64,000 nucleotides of DNA from Candidatus Latescibacterota bacterium (GTDB lineage Bacteria; Latescibacterota; UBA2968; UBA8231): positions 4,512,001 through 4,576,000 of the forward strand of contig CBDCDC010000002.1 in the NCBI GenBank assembly GCA_965215195.1, in the 5' to 3' direction. A program made the position numbers and the translations under genes. Within the stretch, counting starts at the first letter, position 1, and every line of letters begins with the position of its first letter. Shown one piece after another: positions 26,995-36,418 of this stretch. Below the pieces are notes generated by a model. The model searched no databases. It was not told where the DNA came from and saw only the letters and a program-made list of their open reading frames with translations.

Positions 26995-28088
26995 TGGCCT
27001 ATCCTAACTTCCCGCCCCTCAGTGGCCGAGCGGTACAGGCCGTCGAGGGCGGCCATGACATTGAGCACTTCCTCTTTTTTGACCAACAACTCGGCCCGTC
27101 CCTCGAGCACCTCGACGAAGTGGGCCGCGGCTTTCCAGTGGCCCGAGAAGGGCACCGAGGGATCCGGCGGCACCTTGAGCTGGGTGTCGGCCTGATAGCG
27201 GCCCAAGGTGCCGATAAAGGTGAGGGGATTAAACGTGAGGCCGCCCTTGGTGCCCATGATGAGGGTGCCGCCGGTGCCATCGGGCAGATTGGCCGCCCAA
27301 CTGGCCCGGATGCTGATGGTGGCGTCGTTTTCCAAGCGCAAAAAGCCAGCGGCCATATCCTCGACATCGTATTCGCCGAGGTCGTAGTCCCGCGGCGCGA
27401 ACACGCCCTCTGGAGCGCCGCTGTCGGCCAGCGACGTGACCACGTCTTCGCGCTGGTCGGCCAGTTTGGTATAAGTCGCGCCCGAGGCCGCCACCACTTT
27501 GGGGTTGCCCATGATCCACAGTAGGGCGTCGAGGGCGTGGACGCCAAGGTCGTAGAGCGGGCCGCCGCCCGAGGCTTCTTTTATGTGGAAGCGGCCCCAA
27601 GTGGGCACGCCGCGGCGGCGGAAGGCCGAAGTTTCGGCGTAGTACATCTCGCCCAAGTGCCCGCTGGCGGCCAGTTGCTTGGCAGCACTATTGGTGCCGG
27701 AGAAACGGCCCGTCTGGGTGACAAACAGATGGCGGCCGGCCGCCTCGGCCGCTGCGTACATGGCTACTGCATCGGGGTGGCTGGCGGCTATGGGCTTTTC
27801 GCAAAAGACGTGGGCACCAGCTTGGAGGGCGGCTTGAGTGTAGGCGCGGTGCGAGACATTGGGGGTGCAGACCGAGACGATGTCGGGGCGCAGCTCGTCC
27901 AGCATGCGGCCACAGTCGTCGGACGCGTGGGGGATGCCGTGGCGGTCGGCGGTCTGTTGAGCCTTGGCCAAGGTGTGATTGAACACGCCTACTACTTCTA
28001 CGGCCGGGGCCAACTCCAGCCACGCGGGGATGTGCCCGACGTTGGCGACCATGCCAGCGCCCACGATGGCTACTTTGTACGGGGCCAT
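26991..28088 (-). CDS. Gfo/Idh/MocA-family oxidoreductase
   Basis: IVGAG, VCTPN, HVFCEKP, GGGPLYDLGVHALD. Confidence 0.92.
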   Translation of the reverse strand: MAPYKVAIVGAGMVANVGHIPAWLELAPAVEVVGVFNHTLAKAQQTADRHGIPHASDDCGRMLDELRPDIVSVCTPNVSHRAYTQAALQAGAHVFCEKPIAASHPDAVAMYAAAEAAGRHLFVTQTGRFSGTNSAAKQLAASGHLGEMYYAETSAFRRRGVPTWGRFHIKEASGGGPLYDLGVHALDALLWIMGNPKVVAASGATYTKLADQREDVVTSLADSGAPEGVFAPRDYDLGEYDVEDMAAGFLRLENDATISIRASWAANLPDGTGGTLIMGTKGGLTFNPLTFIGTLGRYQADTQLKVPPDPSVPFSGHWKAAAHFVEVLEGRAELLVKKEEVLNVMAALDGLYRSATEGREVRIGQ

Positions 28089-28218
28089 GTTTTCCTGCTA
28101 TCTGGGTTAGGAGTGCGCTCTTTGCTATTAAGATGGTTTGCTGCGGTTTGCTAGTCAAAGAAGGCCAAGCCGCAATGGACAGCCCAACGGCTCAATGGAA
28201 AGTTTAGAGCGTCAGATG

Positions 28219-28246
28219 TTGACGGATGCCTGACAGGAGCTATACT
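28219..28246 (+). promoter_or_regulatory. Sigma70-type promoter at the left edge of the defence island
   Basis: TTGACG-N16-TATACT; GTCAG..CTGAC inverted repeat (28211-28234) overlaps the -35 box. Confidence 0.5.
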
Positions 28247-28300
28247 TCCCGCGAGACCGCAAATGAACAAACATGAACGCATCGCAAAAAATAACGGAAT

Positions 28301-28632
28301 ATGCTAATTGCAAGAATTTCTGACGGTGCCCTTGTTGTTCGTGGCGGTAAAAACCGACCCGAAGACATTCGACGTGGAAGCGGAATACATCCAAGTGGGA
28401 TCACAGGCGTATCAGTAGAAAGTGGTGAAGGTGTATCCATCTCTGAACTGGCAAGGACGATTCCACATGGACAAGTTGGCGTAACAACCGCTGGTGAAAT
28501 CCGAAGAGCTGGCGGTGATGTAGTGCGAACTTCTGAGCGAAGCCCTTATCATGCACATTGACTGGACTTACGGCCGAACAAGTTAGTGAACTTTTTGTGC
28601 CAACAATAGCAAATCCTGCACGGGAGAAATAA
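28301..28632 (+). pseudogene. Frameshifted small toxin-like gene (resembles polymorphic-toxin tip domains)
   Basis: VVRGG..GVSV..IPHGQVGVTT.GEIRRAGGDV..PYHA stops at 28561, but the shifted frame continues LTGLTAEQVSELFVPTIANPAREK to TAA 28632, 2 nt before the next ATG. Confidence 0.6.
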
Positions 28633-28634
28633 AA

Positions 28635-28874
28635 ATGAACAAACCAAGAGTGTTCGCCGATTTTCACAACGCAGATGCAAAAGGCAGGGTGCGTTTGAAT
28701 TGCGTTGGGACCGTGGGAGACCTCGCATGTCAGAAAATTTCTCTGACAGAAGGGCAATCGCTGATCCTTTACAGCGAAAATTTAGAAGTTGATGGTGTGG
28801 TCAGATACTCCTCAAAAGAAAATTTATGGGTTGCTGTAATTGATTGGGATGCCATTCGAGAGGTTGCCCCGTAG
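28635..28874 (+). CDS. Small hypothetical protein, candidate immunity partner
   Basis: 79 aa RVFADFHNADAKGRVRLNCVGT..WVAVIDW; GGAG RBS; tightly coupled to the upstream gene. Confidence 0.65.
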   Translation: MNKPRVFADFHNADAKGRVRLNCVGTVGDLACQKISLTEGQSLILYSENLEVDGVVRYSSKENLWVAVIDWDAIREVAP

Positions 28875-28882
28875 TCTCTCAA

Positions 28883-29788
28883 AAAACCAACTCAGTAGGC
28901 GAACCACAGTGGGAGCGACCTACGTTGACGTAATCATCCGCAATCCTGCGGACCCGCAGCAGAGCTGGACCGGCAAATTCCTCGTCGATACCAGCGCATT
29001 CGACTCGCTCGTGCCGAGGACGCACCTCGAAACGAGGGGCCGCCGCGAGTACGTGCTTGCGGACGGAAGGCCCATCGCCTTGGACATGACCATCGCCGAG
29101 ATTGAGTTCGAGGGAGAAATCGTCGGCGGGACCATCGCGTATGGGGACGAAGGCGCGGAACCCTTGCTTGGCCTTATGGCATTGGAGTCCGGCGGATTTG
29201 AGGTCGATCCGCGCAATGAGGAATTGAAGCGGTTGCCGGCTGTTCTGTTGAAGGCATGCGGCTAGGGGTGAGGGGATGCAGGCGGCGGGGGTGGTGTATG
29301 AAGGATGAGAATCTCGGTTAAATAAAAAATCGCATATAGGTACAGCAATGCCTTGTATGGTGAACAAAATTGCACTATTTTTAAGTATGGCAGCAGCAAA
29401 ACCAACTTAGAAGGCGAACCACAGTGGGCACGATCTATATTGACGTAATCATCCGCAATCCTGCGGACCCGCAGCGAAGCTGGACCGGCAAATTCCTCGT
29501 CGATACCAGCGCATTCGACTCGCTCGTGCCGAGGACGCACCTCGAAGCGCTCGGACTTAAACCGAGGGGTCGCCGCGAGTACGTGCTTGCGGACGGAAAG
29601 CCCATCGCCTTGGACACAACCATCGCCGAGATTGAGTTCGAGGGAGAAGTCGTCGGCGGGACCATCGCGTATGGGGACGAGGACGCAGAACCGTTGCTTG
29701 GTACTACGGCATTGGACTCCGGCGGATTCGAGGTCGATATACACAACGAAGAACTGAAGCGGTTGCCGGCTGTTCTGCTGAAGGCATG
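28883..29788 (+). repeat. Diverged tandem duplication (~380 bp units 28883-29258 and 29398-29788)
   Basis: Near-identical DNA from AAAACCAACT..GGCGAACCACAGTGGG through CTG.TGAAGGCATG. Confidence 0.9.
28909..29265 (+). CDS. Clan AA aspartyl-protease-like protein, copy 1 (15-nt in-frame deletion)
   Basis: FLVDTSAFDSLVP, YVLADG, EPLLG..ALES.GFEVDP. Confidence 0.75.
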   Translation: MGATYVDVIIRNPADPQQSWTGKFLVDTSAFDSLVPRTHLETRGRREYVLADGRPIALDMTIAEIEFEGEIVGGTIAYGDEGAEPLLGLMALESGGFEVDPRNEELKRLPAVLLKACG

Positions 29789-29795
29789 GCAATAA
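29424..29795 (+). CDS. Clan AA aspartyl-protease-like protein, copy 2
   Basis: Same motifs, full length 123 aa; stop lies 14 nt before the cas5 ATG. Confidence 0.8.
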   Translation: MGTIYIDVIIRNPADPQRSWTGKFLVDTSAFDSLVPRTHLEALGLKPRGRREYVLADGKPIALDTTIAEIEFEGEVVGGTIAYGDEDAEPLLGTTALDSGGFEVDIHNEELKRLPAVLLKAWQ

Positions 29796-29809
29796 GTCTG
29801 GAGAAGAGC

Positions 29810-30454
29810 ATGAAATCCTATACAGTCCAACTCGAAATCGCCGGTCCGACAGCCATGTGGACCCGGCCCGATACTGGTGATGCACCTGTTAGCTATCCGG
29901 TGCCAACGTTTTCAGCGGCCAAAGGGATGTTCGAATCGATCTGCTGGCTCAAGTCAGCTAACGTTAGGCCTGTAAAAGTCGAAATATGTGCACCTCTTGT
30001 TTTTCACACGTACTCGACAAACTACGGAGGACCTTTGCGTAAGAGCAAGATAATGAAGAAGGGAAGCAGCTACCAACTACTGGCGACGGTGTTGATTAAT
30101 GTCAGCTATCGACTGTATGCAAAGGTGGAAACCGTGAATTCCGGAATGCGACAACTATCGGAGCGTGCGAAGCGATCTCCGACCCTTTCTATAAACGGGG
30201 CGCACGCATATCGAGATATGTTCGAACGCCGGCTGACGCGCGGTCAATGGCATTCCGTTCCTTGCTTGGGATGGAAGGAGTTTACGCCGAGCTATGTAGG
30301 TCCGTTTCGCGACGAGACTGAGACGTGTAAAAAGATCAATACCGTCGTTCCAAGCATGCTGCACTCCGTCTTTTCCGAGCCAAAATTTGGCACCTATAAG
30401 CCAACGTTTCGCCAAAACGTCGCAATCGAGAATGGAGTACTAATCTATGATTAA
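29810..30454 (+). CDS. cas5: CRISPR-associated Cas5 (type I-C, Cas5d-like)
   Basis: GPTAMWTRP..VSYPVPTFSAAKGMFESI.W, VLINVSYRLYA, PCLGWKEF; GGAG RBS before ATG 29810. Confidence 0.9.
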   Translation: MKSYTVQLEIAGPTAMWTRPDTGDAPVSYPVPTFSAAKGMFESICWLKSANVRPVKVEICAPLVFHTYSTNYGGPLRKSKIMKKGSSYQLLATVLINVSYRLYAKVETVNSGMRQLSERAKRSPTLSINGAHAYRDMFERRLTRGQWHSVPCLGWKEFTPSYVGPFRDETETCKKINTVVPSMLHSVFSEPKFGTYKPTFRQNVAIENGVLIYD

Positions 30455-32588
30455 CGAGCTCTTTCATCTTTCCAAGAGCCTAGAAAGGAACGGTGTTACC
30501 CTTCAGTCCTGGCACCGGCACTTCAAGGAATGTCCGCAGGGTGGTAAGGCGTTCTTTGTTGAACTTGACAATCAAGGACGGATCGCTAAAGTGTCTACCA
30601 TTACTGACCGAGAGATTCGTGCCAGCTTGCGGAAGTACGAAAAAGCTGCTGGTTACTCGTTCCCATCGTTCAATGTACTGCCGTTGCTACAGTTCGAGAG
30701 CGATCAGGAAAAGGAACGTGCGGCCAAGTTTAAGAAGGTGCTCGGATCGAAGAAGCCTCCGGCGGCGGCGGAGCGTGACGAGGAACTTAAATATCTGCTT
30801 TCGGTGAGTACGTCAGGCTGGATTCGATCGGACAAGGGAGAGCGGGGCAAGGACAGAATGGACCAACTAAATGATTGCTTGTCCTCAGTTGTTGAAGATC
30901 TGACAGATATACTGGGTGAATGTACAGAAGAGTCACGATCTTTCGTGGAGTTGCTGCGTCGCGCCCAGCAGACGACAGGTGCTGCCTTACATGAGCAACT
31001 GAAGGCGATCTCCATATGCGGGATAAAGTCCGAGTCACCCGAAGCCGCTGAATGGATGGATGTTTTATTCTTCTATTCGGGGAAGACACCAAAGAATATA
31101 GCAATTATTTTGGAACTCGTTGATCAATCGCAGTTTGCGTATCCCGCCAATCATCCGGAGGTTCAGGCTTGGGTAAACGATCGTCTCTTGGAAACAGGAA
31201 CCACCGAGGAAGAAAGGCATGAGCACGGCGACTCACTAGATGCTTTTGCAGTAGAGGGGGGTGGCATGAATGATAGCTTTCCCGAAGTCAAGATCTCGAA
31301 ACTGGGAAACGTCAAATTACATGCGATGTCTAGTGAGTCGCCGTGTCAGCGGCGGTATGGTTCGGCCGACGCCAAATCGTTCCGGGTATCGCAGGGACCC
31401 CGGCAAAATATGAAGAATGCTTTGGAGTGGGTCACAAAGGAAGAACGGCGTGGTAAGACATGGTGCGATGTCTCCTCACTTGGTGGCGCACCTGCCATGT
31501 TGGTTGCCTATCCTTCCGAACTACCTGCCAAAGCACCAGAGTTAGCGGGATTGTTAGGCGGTGCCGAAGAAGAACAATCTGATCCCGATGGTTCACGTTT
31601 CGAGGCATGTGCGCATCGCGTTACCGAGACTCTCAAGGGACAACCTGCGTCGTCCCGAAATGCTGACCTGCGCGTCTTTGTGCTGACCAAGCCTGATGGC
31701 TTTCGAACCAAGGTGCTGCACAGCAGTCGCTATACCGTTCAACACTTGCTTGACCGCGCTGACGAATGGCAGGTGCTTTGTCGCAATTCGCCATCAATCC
31801 TGATTCGTCAATTCGGCCCGAAGAAAGGTGACAAGCCCATCTGGCAGCATCCTCTCACACCCTACCCGACTGAAGTAGTTTGGTGTCTAAACACAGTCTG
31901 GAAGCGAATGGGCACGTACGCCGAAACCGCTTTGGACTTTCAGGTTGCAGATGGCCTGTCCTTGCTTCTGGCGGACGGGCCGGTGCTGCGAACCGTCGCC
32001 ACGCGGGCCATTCGGGCGACCACCAGTAATTCGTTGTCACTTCTGCTTGCGTTCGGTCAAGCTGCTCATCAGGGGAAGGTTCATCAAATGGGGAAGGTTT
32101 ACGGCAAGCAAGCACTGTTATTTCCGACAATTCTTGGATTACTACTTGGAAAACTCGGCTACAAGAAAGGAACCTATATGAAGAGTCCACCCTACTTGAT
32201 CGGGCGACTGCTAAGTCTGGCCGATCAACTGCACGTGCAGTACTGCCATGAAGTGCGCAAGGGCCAAGTCCCGCCTCAACTGGTGGGCAATGCCCTCATG
32301 ACAAGCGCGATGGAAACACCCGAAAAAGCACTCGCCTTGTTCTGGCAGCGTATCAAGCCGTATTACACTTGGGCGCAAACGATACAAGGCGGCGATGAAG
32401 TACGGCTCGTCAAGTACTTCCTCGGCGAGATGGGTCGCGTATGCGCGTCACTTTCCAAGACGGATCTGCCGATCCGGTGTTCGGATACCGACAAGGTCGC
32501 CATGTTGCTTGGATACCTCGCCCGTGCTGAAAAGGATAAATCCAACGACGATTCGTCGAATACCTCAAGCGAAGGAGAGCAAGAATGA
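30447..32588 (+). CDS. cas8c: Type I-C large subunit Cas8c (Csd1), divergent
   Basis: 713 aa between cas5 and cas7; MINELF start, C-terminal PYLIGRLL...MLLGY. Confidence 0.8.
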   Translation: MINELFHLSKSLERNGVTLQSWHRHFKECPQGGKAFFVELDNQGRIAKVSTITDREIRASLRKYEKAAGYSFPSFNVLPLLQFESDQEKERAAKFKKVLGSKKPPAAAERDEELKYLLSVSTSGWIRSDKGERGKDRMDQLNDCLSSVVEDLTDILGECTEESRSFVELLRRAQQTTGAALHEQLKAISICGIKSESPEAAEWMDVLFFYSGKTPKNIAIILELVDQSQFAYPANHPEVQAWVNDRLLETGTTEEERHEHGDSLDAFAVEGGGMNDSFPEVKISKLGNVKLHAMSSESPCQRRYGSADAKSFRVSQGPRQNMKNALEWVTKEERRGKTWCDVSSLGGAPAMLVAYPSELPAKAPELAGLLGGAEEEQSDPDGSRFEACAHRVTETLKGQPASSRNADLRVFVLTKPDGFRTKVLHSSRYTVQHLLDRADEWQVLCRNSPSILIRQFGPKKGDKPIWQHPLTPYPTEVVWCLNTVWKRMGTYAETALDFQVADGLSLLLADGPVLRTVATRAIRATTSNSLSLLLAFGQAAHQGKVHQMGKVYGKQALLFPTILGLLLGKLGYKKGTYMKSPPYLIGRLLSLADQLHVQYCHEVRKGQVPPQLVGNALMTSAMETPEKALALFWQRIKPYYTWAQTIQGGDEVRLVKYFLGEMGRVCASLSKTDLPIRCSDTDKVAMLLGYLARAEKDKSNDDSSNTSSEGEQE
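32178..32588 (+). CDS. cas11: Probable internally translated small subunit Cas11c
   Basis: In-frame ATG preceded by AAAGGA-N6, immediately before the PYxxGRL C-terminal domain; 136 aa. Confidence 0.65.
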   Translation: MKSPPYLIGRLLSLADQLHVQYCHEVRKGQVPPQLVGNALMTSAMETPEKALALFWQRIKPYYTWAQTIQGGDEVRLVKYFLGEMGRVCASLSKTDLPIRCSDTDKVAMLLGYLARAEKDKSNDDSSNTSSEGEQE

Positions 32589-33442
32589 CTGTCGTTACTA
32601 CCAACGACGTGAAACGATATACGGGACTTCTAATCATTGAAGTCGTCAATTCCAATCCCAACGGCGACCCGGATCGCGAGAGCGACCCGCGACAGCGGCC
32701 CGATGGCCGAGGTGAAATTTCTCCTGTTTCGTTCAAACGCAAAGTGCGCGATTTGATCGAGGTGAAGGATGGAGTTGTCTGGCAAGCGATGCAAGCGGAA
32801 ATGAACCTGAGCGACGATCAATTCGTGGTTCTTGAGTCGCGTGGACGAGACCGTAAGCAGATTGAACGCGAATTGAGAGACGGATCCTTTCAGGACAAGT
32901 ACTGGGATGGGCGAGTATTCGGAAACACTTTCTTGGAGGAAGGAGCTGCTGACACAATCAAGACGGGTGTCGTCCAGTTTGGCCTTGGACTGAGCGTGGC
33001 CCCGATCGAAATCAGTCGCCACACCAACACAAACAAGGCCGGAGTGGAAGGAGACAAAGACCGCGGTATGGCACCAATGGGATATCGTTTTGTGCCACAT
33101 GGGGTCTATTGTATGCCATTCTTTGTGAATCCGTCCGTGGCTCACAAATCGGGTTGCACGCAGCGAGATATCGACTTGTTGTTCAAAATCATCCCACACG
33201 CCTACGCGCATACTCGGTCTCACGCCCGGCCGCTAGTCGATCTACGTCACGCTTGGGTGGTTGAGCATAAATCGGCACTGGGATCTTGCTCCGATTTCGC
33301 GATTATGGATGCTCTGACGCCAACCCGGAATGGAGATTCCAGCGAACCCTCGAATACCTGGGCCGATTACACCGTGCCGACAAAGTTACCAGACGAATTG
33401 GCCGTTCGTGTCGCGAAAGTTCAGGATTTGGTGGTGGAATGA
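32585..33442 (+). CDS. cas7: Cas7 (Csd2), type I-C
   Basis: NSNPNGDPD..PR, ISPVSFKRKVRD, YWDGRVFG, TGVVQFG. Confidence 0.93.
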   Translation: MTVVTTNDVKRYTGLLIIEVVNSNPNGDPDRESDPRQRPDGRGEISPVSFKRKVRDLIEVKDGVVWQAMQAEMNLSDDQFVVLESRGRDRKQIERELRDGSFQDKYWDGRVFGNTFLEEGAADTIKTGVVQFGLGLSVAPIEISRHTNTNKAGVEGDKDRGMAPMGYRFVPHGVYCMPFFVNPSVAHKSGCTQRDIDLLFKIIPHAYAHTRSHARPLVDLRHAWVVEHKSALGSCSDFAIMDALTPTRNGDSSEPSNTWADYTVPTKLPDELAVRVAKVQDLVVE

Positions 33443-35676
33443 TGTTGCTCGCACACAGTCCGCAACCAAAGAACGAAATTCCCGCTCAACTGTATGCCGA
33501 ACACATTGAGAACGTCATCGAGTCGGCGGTTCGCCATGCTGGTGAACTGAATACCTATGCGACCGACGGTCAATTGCTCAAGCAGGTCGTTCAGTTGTCA
33601 GCCGAATTTCACGACCTCGGCAAACTTGACCCGGCGAACCAAGCTATTCTTTCGGTAGGCGGCAATGGTCGTCTACCAGTGAATCATGTCGATGCAGGTG
33701 TCGCACATCTGCTGAAAGCTCCGCCGCAACTGGCCGCACTATTGGCCGCAATTCTCGTCTTTTCGCACCACCGAGGCTTGCCGGAGTTCAGCGAACATAC
33801 AACGCGAGAAGCCGGACAACCATTCCGCGATTTGGAGTCGGACGAATCTGGACGCATAACAAAAGATCGCACTGACAAACGGCTAGCGGAATACTTGCAT
33901 CTGCACCAATCGGTCGTCGCGAGCATAGGGCAGTCAACGCACTTGACCGAGCAATGCCGTAGCGATCGGTCCGTATTCCTCCGTTTGGCACTGTCTTGTC
34001 TGGTTGATGCCGATCACTTTGATACGGCGCGAAATTATGGACAAGCTTTTTCCGTTACAAGCCCAGAACTCGAGCCGGCCGCACGGCTCGAACTTTTGGA
34101 TCGCTACGTTACTGGATTATCCGAGGACAAAGAAGACGAGCGCACACGCCTGAGACAGGACGTTTATCGCGCTTGTCGCAATGCCGATCCGTTCAGTGAA
34201 TCATTGGTGGCCTGCGATTCTCCCGTTGGTTCCGGAAAGACAACGGCAATCATGGCGCACCTATTGAACGTAGCGGTTGCGCGGAAACTACGGCGAGTAT
34301 TTGTCATTCTACCGTACACTAATATCATCGACCAGTCGGTTCGAGTTTACCGAGATTCAATGGTAAAGCCTGACGAGGGCCCCAACCGAGTCGTCGCAGC
34401 CCACCATCACCGTGCGGAATTCGACAACCTTGCGACTCGACATCTGACTTACCTGTGGAACAACCCCGTCGTCGTTACAACTGCCGTTCAGTTTTTTGAA
34501 ACGCTCGTTGCCTGTCGAACTGGGGCACTGCGAAAGCTTCATCAAGTCGCTGGATCGGCGATCTTCATCGATGAAACTCACGCCGCGCTACCGGCACACT
34601 TGTGGCCTGTTGCATGGAAGTGGCTGCAAGAATTGAAGAACAACTGGGGCTGTTACTTCGTCGTTGGGTCGGGATCGCTGAGCCGCTTCTGGGAGTTGTC
34701 GGATTTCGTTGATCCGATTTCGAACGTACCTGATCTGGTGGATGTGCGTGTGCGGGCCGAGAGCCTGGATCGAGAGGCAACGCGCGTCACCTATCAATCG
34801 CATCCGGATCCCATGACTTTAACGACGTTGAAACCGTGGTTACTCCAACTGCCGGGTCCGCGACTGCTTATTGTGAACACCGTCCAATCGGCAGCGATCA
34901 TCGCACGCTATCTCGCCGACTGGGAGAATCGAGATGACTGGCAATCAAATCATCCTCAAGTCGAACACCTCTCAACTGCACTTACTCCGACTGACCGCGA
35001 GATTACTCTGAAGCGAGTCATTGGCCGACTCGCAAACAAAGAAGATCGAGATTGGACGCTCGTGGCTACTTCCTGCGTTGAAGCTGGGGTTGATTTTTCG
35101 TTTCGGACGGGCATCCGCGAACGCGCTTCCTTGAACAGCCTGTTGCAGATCGCTGGCCGAGTGAACCGTGAAAGTAAGTATGAGTCTGCCGACGTTTGGG
35201 ACATTCAATTGGTCCATGACTCGTGGCTTCGACCCCATCCGACATTTGAGCATTCATCCACCGTATTGGGAGAGCTATTCAATGAAAGAAGAGTTGGTGT
35301 GAGTTCCTGCACTGAGGCTCTGCGGCGTGAGATTCGCCGCTCGCGGCTGAAGAAAGATGAATTGCTTAAGGCTGAAAGGACTCAGAATTTTCCAAAGGTT
35401 GCCGAATTGTTCCGCGTCATTGACTCGCCTACACTAACAGCCGTCGTTGATGAGACGCTTAAGGATGCGATTGAATCAGGTCAACGAGTTCCAAACCAAG
35501 AGCTTCAAAATGGAAGCGTACAGATCTACACGTCACGCGCCGAAGATTGGGCGTTGCGCGAGTTCGATCACATGCCCGGACTATTCGCGTGGAAACTTAT
35601 GTACGATTCCTTCTTAGGATTCATGGCGGGAGTGCTTCCACTCGTCGATGGCGGCGCAAAGGGGTATATGGTGTGA
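33439..35676 (+). CDS. cas3: Cas3 HD nuclease-helicase
   Basis: LAHS, HDLGK, HHRGL, LVDADH, PVGSGKT, IDETH, VEAGVD, QIAGRVNR. Confidence 0.95.
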   Translation: MMLLAHSPQPKNEIPAQLYAEHIENVIESAVRHAGELNTYATDGQLLKQVVQLSAEFHDLGKLDPANQAILSVGGNGRLPVNHVDAGVAHLLKAPPQLAALLAAILVFSHHRGLPEFSEHTTREAGQPFRDLESDESGRITKDRTDKRLAEYLHLHQSVVASIGQSTHLTEQCRSDRSVFLRLALSCLVDADHFDTARNYGQAFSVTSPELEPAARLELLDRYVTGLSEDKEDERTRLRQDVYRACRNADPFSESLVACDSPVGSGKTTAIMAHLLNVAVARKLRRVFVILPYTNIIDQSVRVYRDSMVKPDEGPNRVVAAHHHRAEFDNLATRHLTYLWNNPVVVTTAVQFFETLVACRTGALRKLHQVAGSAIFIDETHAALPAHLWPVAWKWLQELKNNWGCYFVVGSGSLSRFWELSDFVDPISNVPDLVDVRVRAESLDREATRVTYQSHPDPMTLTTLKPWLLQLPGPRLLIVNTVQSAAIIARYLADWENRDDWQSNHPQVEHLSTALTPTDREITLKRVIGRLANKEDRDWTLVATSCVEAGVDFSFRTGIRERASLNSLLQIAGRVNRESKYESADVWDIQLVHDSWLRPHPTFEHSSTVLGELFNERRVGVSSCTEALRREIRRSRLKKDELLKAERTQNFPKVAELFRVIDSPTLTAVVDETLKDAIESGQRVPNQELQNGSVQIYTSRAEDWALREFDHMPGLFAWKLMYDSFLGFMAGVLPLVDGGAKGYMV

Positions 35677-35729
35677 ACCGATACCGATCCCTACTTGATG
35701 TATTTTAAGAACAGTGAAGTGTCGATATT

Positions 35730-36359
35730 ATGAAATCACCCGATCCCCCTGACCCCATCCCTCTCTCGCTCCTCAATGACTTCCTCTATTGCCAGCGCCG
35801 GGCGGCGTTGAAAGCAGTTGAGGGGTGGCGCGGGACCAACGAGCACACCGTACTCGGCGATAGTGTCCACGAGCAGGCCGACGTTTCCGGCTACGAAACT
35901 GTCAGGGGCGTGACTTTGTTGCGTGCTTTACCTGTCTGGTCGGCTCGGCTTGGACTCAACGGTAAGTGCGACATCGTTGAGCAGCATCCCGACGGTTCGC
36001 TGGTCCCGGTTGAGTTCAAAAAGGGCAAACGCCGCAAATTCGACAACGACGACGCCCAGCTTTGTGCGCAAGCGTTGTGTCTCGAAGAAATGTTTGGGCG
36101 GGACATTCCCCGAGGAGCCATCTTCCACGCCAAGAGCAAACGCCGCCGCGAGGTGGAATTTACCGAGGAGTTGCGCCGCCTCACCAAACAGGCCATTGAA
36201 GCCATACACCGGCTGATCGAAGAGGAAGCAGTTCCACAAGCCGTCCATAAGCCTCAATGTTCCGAGTGCTCGCTTTTCGACCATTGCCTTCCCGAAATCA
36301 CCAGTGTTCCGCCCACGCTGACGCGGGCCTATCGGGCAGTATTCGATACCACCGACTAG
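35730..36359 (+). CDS. cas4: Cas4
   Basis: YCQRR, GKCDIVE, PVEFKKG, QLCAQALCLEEM, CSECSLFDHC. Confidence 0.95.
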   Translation: MKSPDPPDPIPLSLLNDFLYCQRRAALKAVEGWRGTNEHTVLGDSVHEQADVSGYETVRGVTLLRALPVWSARLGLNGKCDIVEQHPDGSLVPVEFKKGKRRKFDNDDAQLCAQALCLEEMFGRDIPRGAIFHAKSKRRREVEFTEELRRLTKQAIEAIHRLIEEEAVPQAVHKPQCSECSLFDHCLPEITSVPPTLTRAYRAVFDTTD

Positions 36360-36418
36360 AGCCGCCCGGCTCTCCGTGCCGAGCGAAGCCTCGCCTTGAT
36401 TCGGTAAGGGAGAACAGA

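Noticed and set aside
29266-29280. GGTGAGGGGA matching part of the CRISPR repeat upstream of the cas operon (possible CreA-like mini-array)
   Set aside because: Only 10 nt of low-complexity match; no 5' stem arm, no ATTGAAAC handle and no second repeat at spacer distance
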